Positions 53,666 to 62,127 of a DNA stretch of 64,000 nt are shown here, piece by piece (the stretch's first letter is position 1; every line of letters starts with the position of its first letter). A program made the position numbers and the translations under genes. Source of the DNA: a virus. Its lineage: Duplodnaviria > Caudoviricetes. The DNA is taken from positions 1,546 to 65,545 of the IMG/VR virus record IMGVR_UViG_3300036798_000278, one strand, 5' to 3'. Under the pieces are notes generated by a model. That model was not told the origin of the DNA and made no database searches. It saw nothing but the letters and a program-made list of their open reading frames with translations.

Positions 53666-53941
53666 ATGCCGATGACAATTGTGTCTCGCTGGTGTTTAGC
53701 GGCGGCGGCGTTGGCGCTCTGCGTCGGTCGGGCGGAGGCGCAGCAAACGGCGGTGTCTCCTGCGCCTGATGAGGCAATGGTTATTCTAAAGACGGATTTT
53801 GGCCGGCTTGGGGCGGACGTATCGGAAGTGCTTGCCGGCAAGGATCGGGAGATCGCCGCGCTAAAGAAGCATGACGCGGAGCTGGATATGTATCTGAAGG
53901 CGTGCAGCGACAAGCCGGGGTGTACGGTTCCGGCGCAGTGA
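53666..53941 (+). CDS. Small secreted coiled-coil protein with a C-terminal Cys pair
   Basis: RWCLAAAALALCVGRAEA|QQ; ...KACSDKPGC. Confidence 0.65.
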   Translation: MPMTIVSRWCLAAAALALCVGRAEAQQTAVSPAPDEAMVILKTDFGRLGADVSEVLAGKDREIAALKKHDAELDMYLKACSDKPGCTVPAQ

Positions 53942-54192
53942 ATAATAGATGCGACAACTGCCGGTGGTTCGAAAGAGACCGGATTATCGATATGTATGAT
54001 GTCGAGGGAGAATGCCACAGGCACGCACCCATGCCTCATGTAATGTTTCCTAACTTTCATTCGGACGGAGTCGCCGTCGAGCATGAGAATACATGGGCAG
54101 TAGCTTATTGGCCAATTGTCAGCGCGGATAACTGGTGTGGCGATTGGATGCCGGCCGCGGTCTCGCAAAATGATCATGAGCCGAGCCGGTAA
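53938..54192 (+). CDS. Cys-rich small protein (paralogue A)
   Basis: CDNCRWF...GECHRHAP.P...WPIV...WCGDW. Confidence 0.7.
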   Translation: MNNRCDNCRWFERDRIIDMYDVEGECHRHAPMPHVMFPNFHSDGVAVEHENTWAVAYWPIVSADNWCGDWMPAAVSQNDHEPSR

Positions 54193-54193
54193 A

Positions 54194-54523
54194 ATGACCT
54201 ACGAGGAAGCGGCGGTTCATCTCCGGGGAATGGAAGCTCTCCAGAAAGACGGCTCCCTTAACTCGCTCGGTTGGTATCTCCGTTGGTCCCCCGGCAGCGA
54301 CGAGGCGACGCTTGACGGCGAGTTCACGGCCCATGACTTACTCGCTGTCTCTGTCTTCATGCGGGGGCCGGATGCTTCTCGCGCAATGAGGGAGCGGTGT
54401 CGGACGTGTGGAGACAGCGAGCTTCCGGGGATGGTATCGGCTGCGATCTTCCCTTCGGAACGAGGCGATGGACATCCGAAGCTGTGGGTTCGCTGTCCGG
54501 ATTGTGAGGGATCGGGGGATTGA
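54194..54523 (+). CDS. Zinc-finger hypothetical protein
   Basis: CRTCG...CPDCEGSG. Confidence 0.55.
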   Translation: MTYEEAAVHLRGMEALQKDGSLNSLGWYLRWSPGSDEATLDGEFTAHDLLAVSVFMRGPDASRAMRERCRTCGDSELPGMVSAAIFPSERGDGHPKLWVRCPDCEGSGD

Positions 54524-54702
54524 TGGTGATCCGCAAACCGCCGGTCACAAAGAAAGCGATGATAGATTGGCTCCAGGACAATCTTGATTATGCCGGCGTT
54601 CCCTATGAGGGAATGGGCCTGGATGAAGTGCCGATCGTCGAGAAAATCCTGGAGTTGGTTAAACGTGAAGGAAGCAAAAAAGGGGAGTGTCCCGTAAGAT
54701 GA
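54520..54702 (+). CDS. Small hypothetical protein
   Basis: 60 aa; overlaps at both ends. Confidence 0.5.
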   Translation: MMVIRKPPVTKKAMIDWLQDNLDYAGVPYEGMGLDEVPIVEKILELVKREGSKKGECPVR

Positions 54703-55922
54703 TGCGCAGGGCTTTGATCCCCGCAATTCTGGGGATAGCGGCGGGTTGCCCGGCTTATGCGCAGATCACGCAATGCCCGGTCCCGTACCTCTTGCAGAAC
54801 GGCGCGATTGCCGACGCCAGCCAGGTCATGACCAATCTCAACACCTTGAGCGCCTGCGCGGGGACGGTGCCTTTGGTGGTCACGATGGCCGGGACGCCGG
54901 CGCAGGGGCACGGTCTTACGATCGATCTGCGGACGACGCTTTCCGGGGTCAATACCACCGGGCCCACGACGGCAAATCTCCTGCACGGCATCAACAACGG
55001 GGTTCAGGGCGGCAGCAGTCAATTCGCGAGCACCTTGCTGGTGGAGCACGAGTTCGGCGGATCGACGGTGACCGGGGGACAAAACTCCCTTGAGGTCGAC
55101 GGGTATTTCAACGGCGGTGCGACCAGCGTCGGAAACGGGAACCGCAACTATGTCGGCGGTTTCTTCCAGATGGTCGGGTTCAACGGCGACGGCGGAACAA
55201 GTCCCTCAAGCCTCAACACCACGGCAGGATCTTTGTTCGGCATTGGGACATTCGGCGACGCGAAGGTGGGGACGGCGTTTACGAACGTTACGGGCGGCGA
55301 GATCAACGTTGCGCTCGAAACCGGCACGACGGCCGCCGAGAAGACCGGACTGCAGATTGTCGATCACGCTCTCGACAAGGTGGCGGGAACGTTGATCGAC
55401 GCGGCTCTGGCGATCGGCGCTCAACCGGGCGCCATAGGGTTCCAAAATGCGATTCTGCTGTCGGACGACAACGGCGCGAAGCCTTTGACGATTACGGCGT
55501 GCGTGATTTGTACGACCCCAAACAACGAGACGATCGGGACGGGAATAGATTTGAGCCAATACGTCATCATGGGGAATTTTCTTAATTCTGCGGGATTTTT
55601 TGTCACCGGCGCAGGGGCGATCTCGGGCATTGCGCAGTTTCTGACGGGGGCTAATCCAGGCCCGAGTTTTCAGCCGTCCCAGGCGCACGGCAGTTTCATT
55701 TCGTCGAATTTCACCAACGGCAGCAACGAAGTTGATCTGTTCAATATGGTCAACAATGCGGCGGGGTTTAATTTCTATCAGAAGACCACGGCGACCACGG
55801 GTGTCCTGGTCGCGACTCTTACGCAACATACCATCGTCATTCCGAACGCATCCACTTCGTGCTCAGGTTTGCCGACTGGGGCGCTTATCAATAATGCCGG
55901 CGTAGCCAATTTCTGCCCCTGA
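54699..55922 (+). CDS. Tail fibre/spike-like protein with a signal peptide, outside the tail module
   Basis: MMRRALIPAILGIAAGCPAYA|QI; PYLLQNGAIADASQVMTNLN resembles podovirus fibre N-terminal anchors; beta-rich body. Confidence 0.75.
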   Translation: MMRRALIPAILGIAAGCPAYAQITQCPVPYLLQNGAIADASQVMTNLNTLSACAGTVPLVVTMAGTPAQGHGLTIDLRTTLSGVNTTGPTTANLLHGINNGVQGGSSQFASTLLVEHEFGGSTVTGGQNSLEVDGYFNGGATSVGNGNRNYVGGFFQMVGFNGDGGTSPSSLNTTAGSLFGIGTFGDAKVGTAFTNVTGGEINVALETGTTAAEKTGLQIVDHALDKVAGTLIDAALAIGAQPGAIGFQNAILLSDDNGAKPLTITACVICTTPNNETIGTGIDLSQYVIMGNFLNSAGFFVTGAGAISGIAQFLTGANPGPSFQPSQAHGSFISSNFTNGSNEVDLFNMVNNAAGFNFYQKTTATTGVLVATLTQHTIVIPNASTSCSGLPTGALINNAGVANFCP

Positions 55923-56143
55923 TGGCTGAAGACGAGCCGGAAATCTTTTGCGAGACTTGCCGTTTTTACAGTTCATTTACGGGCGAGTGTCGTCGCTATG
56001 CGCCCAAGCCTCGATACTGGGGGAGGGTAACACGAGACAGCAAACTCCTTATAGATGAAGATGGAGATGACGGGCGTCTTAACGATGCATGCTGGCCAAA
56101 AGTCAATCATAGGGATTGGTGCGGAGAATTCGAGGCATTCTGA
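55922..56143 (+). CDS. Cys-rich small protein (paralogue B)
   Basis: CETCRFY...GECRRYAP.P...WPKV...WCGEF. Confidence 0.7.
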   Translation: MAEDEPEIFCETCRFYSSFTGECRRYAPKPRYWGRVTRDSKLLIDEDGDDGRLNDACWPKVNHRDWCGEFEAF

Positions 56144-56146
56144 GTT

Positions 56147-56425
56147 ATGATGCTTAGCACCCTGGCCCGCGCTTTGCTGACGAGCAGGCGGCCGGAGTCC
56201 CGCTATTACGTCCGCCATGATGATTTCGTCGAATTAGCGCGCGCGGTTCGCGACGCGACAGCTAAGCGGGGCCGCGGCTATTATGCGGACAGCTCGGTGC
56301 GCCGCGACAATTTCTTATTTCGGGCGGTAGCGATTTGCTGTCGGCAGCATGCTGTTTGCTTGCCTGTGGACCTTACGCCGCGTTTGCTGATCGACGGAGA
56401 CAGCATCAGGGGGCGTAATGGCTGA
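56147..56425 (+). CDS. Small hypothetical protein
   Basis: 92 aa; stop lies within the ATGGCTGA junction repeat. Confidence 0.5.
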   Translation: MMLSTLARALLTSRRPESRYYVRHDDFVELARAVRDATAKRGRGYYADSSVRRDNFLFRAVAICCRQHAVCLPVDLTPRLLIDGDSIRGRNG

Positions 56426-56528
56426 TTATGCCGGCTTAAAGCGCATCGCAGTAGTGGCTAAAACATTGATTATTACCGCCGCAGTCGTGCTCGTTGCGGC
56501 TGTCGGTTGGCTGGCGGTAAATGGCTGA
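56418..56528 (+). CDS. Membrane micro-protein (36 aa) starting with a portal-like MADYA
   Basis: MADYAGLKRIAVVAKTLIITAAVVLVAAVGWLAVNG. Confidence 0.5.
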   Translation: MADYAGLKRIAVVAKTLIITAAVVLVAAVGWLAVNG

Positions 56529-56799
56529 TTGCGCCGCTCCCAAGTTGAGTGGTAGGGCGCAGACTATAATAAGCCTAATGAAAGGGGTTCGGCCTCATTG
56601 GACGGATTTTGATTTTGATCAGTATAAAAATGGGGAGTGGTGGCGTATTACGGATATACCGAATTTTGCTGTAAAGACCGCAAATGAATTAGTTGCCGCC
56701 AAATTAATAGAACGCGATCCGTTCTATCCGCGATATCGGCTGCTCCGGCGTCAGGATCAAGAGGCAGACTTTGGCGATCTCTGGATAAGCGATGGCTGA
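56521..56799 (+). CDS. Small hypothetical protein starting with a copy of the portal 5' end
   Basis: MADCAAP versus portal MADYAAP; AT-richer body. Confidence 0.6.
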   Translation: MADCAAPKLSGRAQTIISLMKGVRPHWTDFDFDQYKNGEWWRITDIPNFAVKTANELVAAKLIERDPFYPRYRLLRRQDQEADFGDLWISDG

Positions 56800-58390
56800 T
56801 TACGCCGCTCCCAACAATGCGATCGAGACGCGCGACGATCTTGGGAAAGACCCAGGTGGTGTCGTTGCGTTCTGGCTGCAGCAACTCAAGCTCGCCGAGC
56901 GCGAGGACCGCAAATTCGTCGAGCGCGGTCGCGCGATCGTGAAGCGCTATCGGAATGAGCAGCCGCGGGCGGCGACGACACGCCGGCCGGCGCGGTTCAA
57001 TGTATTTTGGAGCAATGTCGAGACCTTGAAGCCGATCCTGTACGGGCGCACGCCAAAACCTGATGTGGAGCGCCGGCATAAGAACAACGACGCGGTCGCC
57101 AGGCTCGGCGCGATGATCCTCGAACGGGCCCTAGCATGGGAAGATGACCTGGACGAGTTCGACGATGTCATGCAGTCGGTCGTGGAAGACCGTCTCATAC
57201 CCGGTCGTGGGGTCGCGCGGGTGTATTACGAGCCGAAATGGGGTGATCCCGAGGAAGATCCGGATGAGGAATCAGAAAAACCAGACGATGAATCTGAACC
57301 TGGAAGAACTAAACCGGGTGAGCGCCCGACTTTCCGCCCTGTTGAGAGCGAGCGAGCTCCAGTCCGCTATATCTTTTGGGAAGATTATCGAGAAAGCCCA
57401 GCCCGCAGTGAGCATGAAGTGTGGTGGAAAGCCTATCGGACCTACCTGACGCGGGATGAGCTGAGAGAGCGCTTCGGCAAGAAGATCGGCGACGCGATCA
57501 CGCTGGATTATACCCCGCGAGGGTTGGGGGATGACGGCGAGACCGGGCCGCAGGCCGATGCCTTCAAAAAGGCTCAGGTATGGGAGATTTGGGACAAGAA
57601 GAAAAAGCAGGTCGTGTGGATTGCGCCGTCCTACAAGGACAAGCCGTGCGACACCAAGGATGATCCGCTGGAATTGCCGGGGTTTTTCCCCTCTCCTCGG
57701 ACATTGACGGCGACGACTACGAACGAGACGCGCTCGGCGGTTGCTGATTACACGGAATATCAGGATCAGGCGCTCGAACTTGACGTGTTGACGTCGCGGA
57801 TCGACCGCCTGCAGCGCGCTCTGAAGGTGGCGGGCGTTTATGCGGGACCGCATAAGGCGACGATCGAACAATTGGTCGATGAAACGTCGGAAAATAGACT
57901 AATTCCGGTCGAGGATTGGGCGGCTTTCATGGATAAGGGCGGCGTCCAGAATATGATCCTATGGTTGCCGATCGAGCAGGTCGCCAAAGTGCTGGTATCG
58001 CTCTACCAGGCGCGCGACAAGGTATTGCAGACGCTCTACCAAACTACGGGAATGGCCGACATTCTGCGCGGCGAGACGAACCCGACCGAGACTTTGGGCG
58101 CGCAGCAATTGAAATCGCAGTTTGCGACGCGGCGCATCTCACGGGCGCAGAAGCAGGTGGCGCGGTTTGCGCGCGATTTGATGCGGTTACGGGGATTTGT
58201 GATTGCGCGGCACTTCGCGCCGGAAATGCTGATGAAAATGACGGGACTGCCGGAGCCGTTGCCGGAATTGCCGCCGACGCCGCCGATGATGGTGCCGGCG
58301 CCGCCGCAGCAACCGCAAGCACCGCCGCAACCTGGACCTCAACCTGGCGGTAATGTCGTGCCGCATCCGGCGATGACTGGGGCCGCATAG
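56792..58390 (+). CDS. Portal protein, N-terminal part
   Basis: RFNVFWSNVETLKP.LY.RTPKPDV.RR...DRL.PGRGVARV.Y...AQVWEIWDK...FFPSPR.L.AT.T...ETLGAQQLK.QF. Confidence 0.9.
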   Translation: MADYAAPNNAIETRDDLGKDPGGVVAFWLQQLKLAEREDRKFVERGRAIVKRYRNEQPRAATTRRPARFNVFWSNVETLKPILYGRTPKPDVERRHKNNDAVARLGAMILERALAWEDDLDEFDDVMQSVVEDRLIPGRGVARVYYEPKWGDPEEDPDEESEKPDDESEPGRTKPGERPTFRPVESERAPVRYIFWEDYRESPARSEHEVWWKAYRTYLTRDELRERFGKKIGDAITLDYTPRGLGDDGETGPQADAFKKAQVWEIWDKKKKQVVWIAPSYKDKPCDTKDDPLELPGFFPSPRTLTATTTNETRSAVADYTEYQDQALELDVLTSRIDRLQRALKVAGVYAGPHKATIEQLVDETSENRLIPVEDWAAFMDKGGVQNMILWLPIEQVAKVLVSLYQARDKVLQTLYQTTGMADILRGETNPTETLGAQQLKSQFATRRISRAQKQVARFARDLMRLRGFVIARHFAPEMLMKMTGLPEPLPELPPTPPMMVPAPPQQPQAPPQPGPQPGGNVVPHPAMTGAA

Positions 58391-58497
58391 TGCCGTGTCG
58401 GTGGTTTCATCGCTGGACGTTGGTGCGCTCTCACGGAGGAGAGTTGATTTATCGGTGCGCGAGATGCGGAGCGCATAAGACATTGCTCCTGCAATGA
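58390..58497 (+). CDS. 35-aa Zn-ribbon-like micro-ORF inside the portal locus
   Basis: GTG start overlaps the portal TAG; MPCRWFHRWTLVRSHGGELIYRCARCGAHKTLLLQ; TGA overlaps the next ATG. Confidence 0.55.
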   Translation: MPCRWFHRWTLVRSHGGELIYRCARCGAHKTLLLQ

Positions 58498-59291
58498 GCG
58501 AGCTCCGCGGTCCCGCGCCCCCAATGGGCGGACCGCCCCCCGGCATGATGCCGCCGCAACCGCCGCCGATGCAGGTCAACCCGGCCTATCTGCAGTGGAT
58601 GCAGCAAAAGCAGCAGTGGGACGCCGAGACACAGCGCCGGCAAAAGCAATTCACGGCGGCGTGTCAATTGATCAGCGAGGATGCGGCACAGTCGTTCAAG
58701 ATCGATATCGAGGCCGACAGCACGATTGCGGCGGACGAGCAGGAAGAAAAGAAGTCGCGCACCGAATTTTTGCAGGTCATGACGCCGTTCCTTGAAGCGA
58801 TGATCCCGATTGCGCAACAAAACCCGCCGCTTCTGCCGTTGGTTACGGAATTGGTTATGTTCGGGGTGCGCGCGTTCCCGACGTCACGGCAGTTGGAGGA
58901 CGCATTCGAGACGGCGTTGCAGAAATTGGCGCAGATGCCGCCCGCGCCCCCGCCGCAGCAAGGCGGCAAGTCCAAGTCGCCGATGGAGATCCAGGCTGAG
59001 GCGCAAACCGCAGCCGGGCAGCAGAAGGTTGATATGGCTGAGACCGCGGCGAAGGCGCAGAGCGAGCAACAATCGACGGCCGCCAAGGTGCAGACCGACC
59101 AGCAGGCGAATGCGATCAAACTCCAGCAGATTCAAGCTCAAATGCAGATCGAGCGTGAGCGGCTGGCGGCGGAACAAGATAAGAATGCGGCCGACTTGGC
59201 GATGCGGGGGCGCGAGGTTGAGGGGCGCGAGACGATGGAACAGGCCAAAATTCAGCATATGCAATCCAAGGAATTGACGGGGCTGGTATGA
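58494..59291 (+). CDS. Portal protein, C-terminal part (separate ORF)
   Basis: QLISEDAAQSFKIDIEADSTIAADEQEEKKSRTEFL...ELVMFGVRAF...LEDAF, then a Gln-rich barrel-type coiled coil. Confidence 0.8.
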   Translation: MSELRGPAPPMGGPPPGMMPPQPPPMQVNPAYLQWMQQKQQWDAETQRRQKQFTAACQLISEDAAQSFKIDIEADSTIAADEQEEKKSRTEFLQVMTPFLEAMIPIAQQNPPLLPLVTELVMFGVRAFPTSRQLEDAFETALQKLAQMPPAPPPQQGGKSKSPMEIQAEAQTAAGQQKVDMAETAAKAQSEQQSTAAKVQTDQQANAIKLQQIQAQMQIERERLAAEQDKNAADLAMRGREVEGRETMEQAKIQHMQSKELTGLV

Positions 59292-59479
59292 ACTTCACCA
59301 AACTAACACGACTGGACGGCGAGCCGGTCTATGTCGGCGACAGCGGTTCGGTGATCCAAGAGGCTGTCGCAGACCAGTCGACACCGAAAGCCAAGACCGA
59401 AATCTCGTGGGGCGGAACTACATTCTTTGTGACGGAGCCGCTTGATATCGTATTGCATAGACTGGAATCGATGAAATGA
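59288..59479 (+). CDS. Small hypothetical protein
   Basis: FTKLTRLDGEPVYV...TFFVTEPLDIV; ATGA overlap. Confidence 0.65.
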   Translation: MNFTKLTRLDGEPVYVGDSGSVIQEAVADQSTPKAKTEISWGGTTFFVTEPLDIVLHRLESMK

Positions 59480-59489
59480 ACGGTCTCCG

Positions 59490-59663
59490 ATGATGAATGA
59501 GCGGCAAATCTTGGAGATGCTTGGATATCTACGCTCGATCGACGAGAAGCTGGAAGGTATCCTTGGAATACTGCACCGCGGTTTACGACATTCGGATCAG
59601 CATTACCGGGCGGCGATCCGCGAAGGCGACCCTCGCGAGGGTGTGCCGGAGAGCGGGGCATGA
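59490..59663 (+). CDS. Small hypothetical protein (57 aa)
   Basis: Hand translation MMNERQILEMLGYLRSIDEKL...; ATGA overlap with the next gene. Confidence 0.5.
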   Translation: MMNERQILEMLGYLRSIDEKLEGILGILHRGLRHSDQHYRAAIREGDPREGVPESGA

Positions 59664-59986
59664 GGCGGCGTTTCGTAATGCGCCACGGCGAACTGGTCGA
59701 GCTTGATCTTGATGCTCCGTTGCCGCCACGCCGCGGACCTTACGTCATCTCTGATCTTCGCGAGTATCCTTCGATTATCACCGGCGAAATGATCACTTCG
59801 CGTTCCCAGCATCGCGAGCACCTAAAGGCGCACGGCTGCGTCGAGGTCGGTAATGAAATGCCTAGATCGACTCGCCGGCCGTCGCCGCCTGTGTCGGACG
59901 ATCTTTCGAGGGCATTGCAGGCATCGCCGGAAACTCATGCCGAAGCGCGAGCAGCATCCGAGCGCGGAAAAGGAGTATTGATATGA
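59660..59986 (+). CDS. Conserved podovirus head-region protein
   Basis: ISDL.EY.S.ITGEMITSRSQHREHLKAHGCVEVGNE. Confidence 0.8.
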   Translation: MRRRFVMRHGELVELDLDAPLPPRRGPYVISDLREYPSIITGEMITSRSQHREHLKAHGCVEVGNEMPRSTRRPSPPVSDDLSRALQASPETHAEARAASERGKGVLI

Positions 59987-60192
59987 GCAGCACTAAACAG
60001 ATTGCCGATGAAATAGGTAAATGTGCCGAGGCCGTAGAGGCCGGCGCTCCTATGGCGCAGATTATCATGGGAAATCTGCGCTTCACTATTCCTCTCGATG
60101 ATCCGCATGTCAGGGATACGATTGCGATTCGTTTAAGGGTTGCGGCGTGCGAGATCGAATTTGAGACATGGAATCTTCCCTCCGCAGCCTAG
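59983..60192 (+). CDS. Small hypothetical protein (inserted)
   Basis: 69 aa, between two copies of a 28-bp repeat. Confidence 0.55.
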   Translation: MSSTKQIADEIGKCAEAVEAGAPMAQIIMGNLRFTIPLDDPHVRDTIAIRLRVAACEIEFETWNLPSAA

Positions 60193-60233
60193 CCGAAGCG
60201 CGGGCGGCATCCGAGCGCGCGAAAGGGACTCGC

Positions 60234-60467
60234 ATGATGACGGAGAGCGTACCGCTGGGGCAGTTGGTATCTATTAGCGTAAGAAAATGGAATGTATTTC
60301 GCCCTTATCATTATGACACAAGCGATTTGGCCTCATGGTTCTTCTGTCGTTGCGAGTGCGGATATGAGCAGGCTGTGATCAATAACGGCAAAGGCAGATT
60401 GATTGATCACCTAGAAGAATGCCTCAGCGACTGTCCGCATGATGCAAGCGAGCGAAAGGAACTTTGA
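60234..60467 (+). CDS. Small Zn-finger-like protein (inserted)
   Basis: CRCECG...HLEEC; follows the second repeat copy. Confidence 0.55.
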   Translation: MMTESVPLGQLVSISVRKWNVFRPYHYDTSDLASWFFCRCECGYEQAVINNGKGRLIDHLEECLSDCPHDASERKEL

Positions 60468-60468
60468 C

Positions 60469-60882
60469 GTGAAAATGGCGGACATGAAGCGCGGCAAGTC
60501 CAAAGGCAAGGACGGGACTATGCCGGCGTGGGGCGGCGAAGAGGAAGGACCGCGCGTTCGCCTCGATCACGACAGAATGAAAAAGATCGGGATGGCGAAG
60601 CCGCCCGCGACAGGGGACGAATACCACGTCGAGGGTCATGCTCGTGTGGTCGGCTCGCGAGAGGAGCCGGCGAGCGACGGTAAAAGCGGTCCGATCCACT
60701 CAATCGAGATCGTAATTCATCACCTAGGCGCCGAGCCTCATAACGGCAAATCGGTGCGCGAAGATCTCAATGAGGCGATCGAAGGGCAGCCTGACCGCGC
60801 GGCCAAAGGCGCTGCACAAAGGACGCGGGAACCGACCGGCAGACCGGTCAAGCGAGACATCGAAACACCGGAGCGTAAATGA
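60469..60882 (+). CDS. Putative capsid staple/decoration-like protein
   Basis: RVRLDHDRMKKIGM..PP..GDEYH..G.ARVV...SIEI.I.HL pattern; between portal and scaffold. Confidence 0.5.
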   Translation: MKMADMKRGKSKGKDGTMPAWGGEEEGPRVRLDHDRMKKIGMAKPPATGDEYHVEGHARVVGSREEPASDGKSGPIHSIEIVIHHLGAEPHNGKSVREDLNEAIEGQPDRAAKGAAQRTREPTGRPVKRDIETPERK

Positions 60883-62042
60883 TGGCTGACGATCTTCATT
60901 CGCTGCTGACCGAAGCCGCGCTCAAATCGGATGCGGACGCCGCGGCGGCGGAGAAGCCCGTAGAGCGCGAGAGGCCCGAAGCCGCTACCCCAGCGCCCGA
61001 AACCGAGAAGCCGGCGTCAGGCGAGCGCGCGCGCGGCCCGGACGGCAAGTTTCTGCCAAAGGAAACCGACGAGGACGCGGAGACGGAAGTCGATGAGCCT
61101 GCCGAGGCTCCCGAGAGCGAGGAGACGCCGGAACCGGAAGAGACGCCCGCTGAGCCAAAGGTCGAGGTTCCCCAACATTGGGCGCAGGCCGACAAGGACA
61201 TGGTCGCGGCGCTGCCTCCCGAGCATCGCGCCAAGGTCGTCGAGCGCTATAAGGCGATCGAGGCCGGGTTTACACCGAAATTGATGCGAGCCGCCGAAAT
61301 CGAAAAACGGTACGGCGGTGCCGATGAGATTTTTGCGCCCCACGCCGACTGGATGAAACAACGCGGCATAGGGCCGGCGGACGTCATCCGAGCATGGTAT
61401 AGTGTCGAGCGGGACTTTCAATCCGGTCCCGAGAAAGGCGCGCAAGTCATCGCGCGGCTCATCCAGAACTATAAGATCGACCCAGGCGCGGTTGCCGCGA
61501 TCCTACAAGGTCAGATCGCCGCTGCGCCTCCGCCCGCAGTCAGCGCCGACCATCCGAACGGCGAATTGCCTCCCGCTGTAGCGGCGCGCATCCAGGCGTT
61601 GGAAGAGCGAGAGAATGCACGAGCCGCCGCGCAGCAAAATCAAGCGACGGCGGCGACGCAGGCTCGTCTCGATACATTCGCGGCCGAAAAGGACGGCGCC
61701 GGCAACTTGGCGCATCCCTATTTCGCCGAATTGGAATCTGATATGACGGCGCTCGCCCGGCTGGATTTAGCCCAGGGCAAAACGCCTGATTTGGCCGATC
61801 TCTACGAAAGAGCGGCCTACGCGAACCGCGAGACCCGCCAGAAGCTCCTCTCCGCGCAAGCGGATGAGCAAAAGCGACAGGCGCTAGCCGACCGGAAAGC
61901 GAAGGCAGTGGCGGCTCAGAAAGCAGCTTCGAGCATCACCGGCTCTCCCGGAACCGGTCAGTCGCCGTCGGAGCAGCGCGGCAGGGCGCGTTCACTGCGT
62001 GAGGAACTAGACGCCGCTGCGGCAGATATCGACGCCGCCTAG
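60879..62042 (+). CDS. Head scaffolding protein
   Basis: Acidic N-terminus, RARGPDGKF, P.HW motif, HPYFAEL, DL.DLYERA.YAN, SLREEL C-terminus; upstream of the capsid gene. Confidence 0.85.
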   Translation: MMADDLHSLLTEAALKSDADAAAAEKPVERERPEAATPAPETEKPASGERARGPDGKFLPKETDEDAETEVDEPAEAPESEETPEPEETPAEPKVEVPQHWAQADKDMVAALPPEHRAKVVERYKAIEAGFTPKLMRAAEIEKRYGGADEIFAPHADWMKQRGIGPADVIRAWYSVERDFQSGPEKGAQVIARLIQNYKIDPGAVAAILQGQIAAAPPPAVSADHPNGELPPAVAARIQALEERENARAAAQQNQATAATQARLDTFAAEKDGAGNLAHPYFAELESDMTALARLDLAQGKTPDLADLYERAAYANRETRQKLLSAQADEQKRQALADRKAKAVAAQKAASSITGSPGTGQSPSEQRGRARSLREELDAAAADIDAA

Positions 62043-62127
62043 CGTCATCCGCAATCCGGAGCGTCGAGAGACGCCCCTTTCCCAGTGCGGCCGGTTTCAT
62101 CAGCCGGTCGCCTGATGGAGCACCCAG

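Noticed and set aside
58388-58493. Group I/II intron in the portal
   Set aside because: About 100 nt is far too short, no conserved intron helices are recognisable, and the gap is fully occupied by a coupled micro-ORF.
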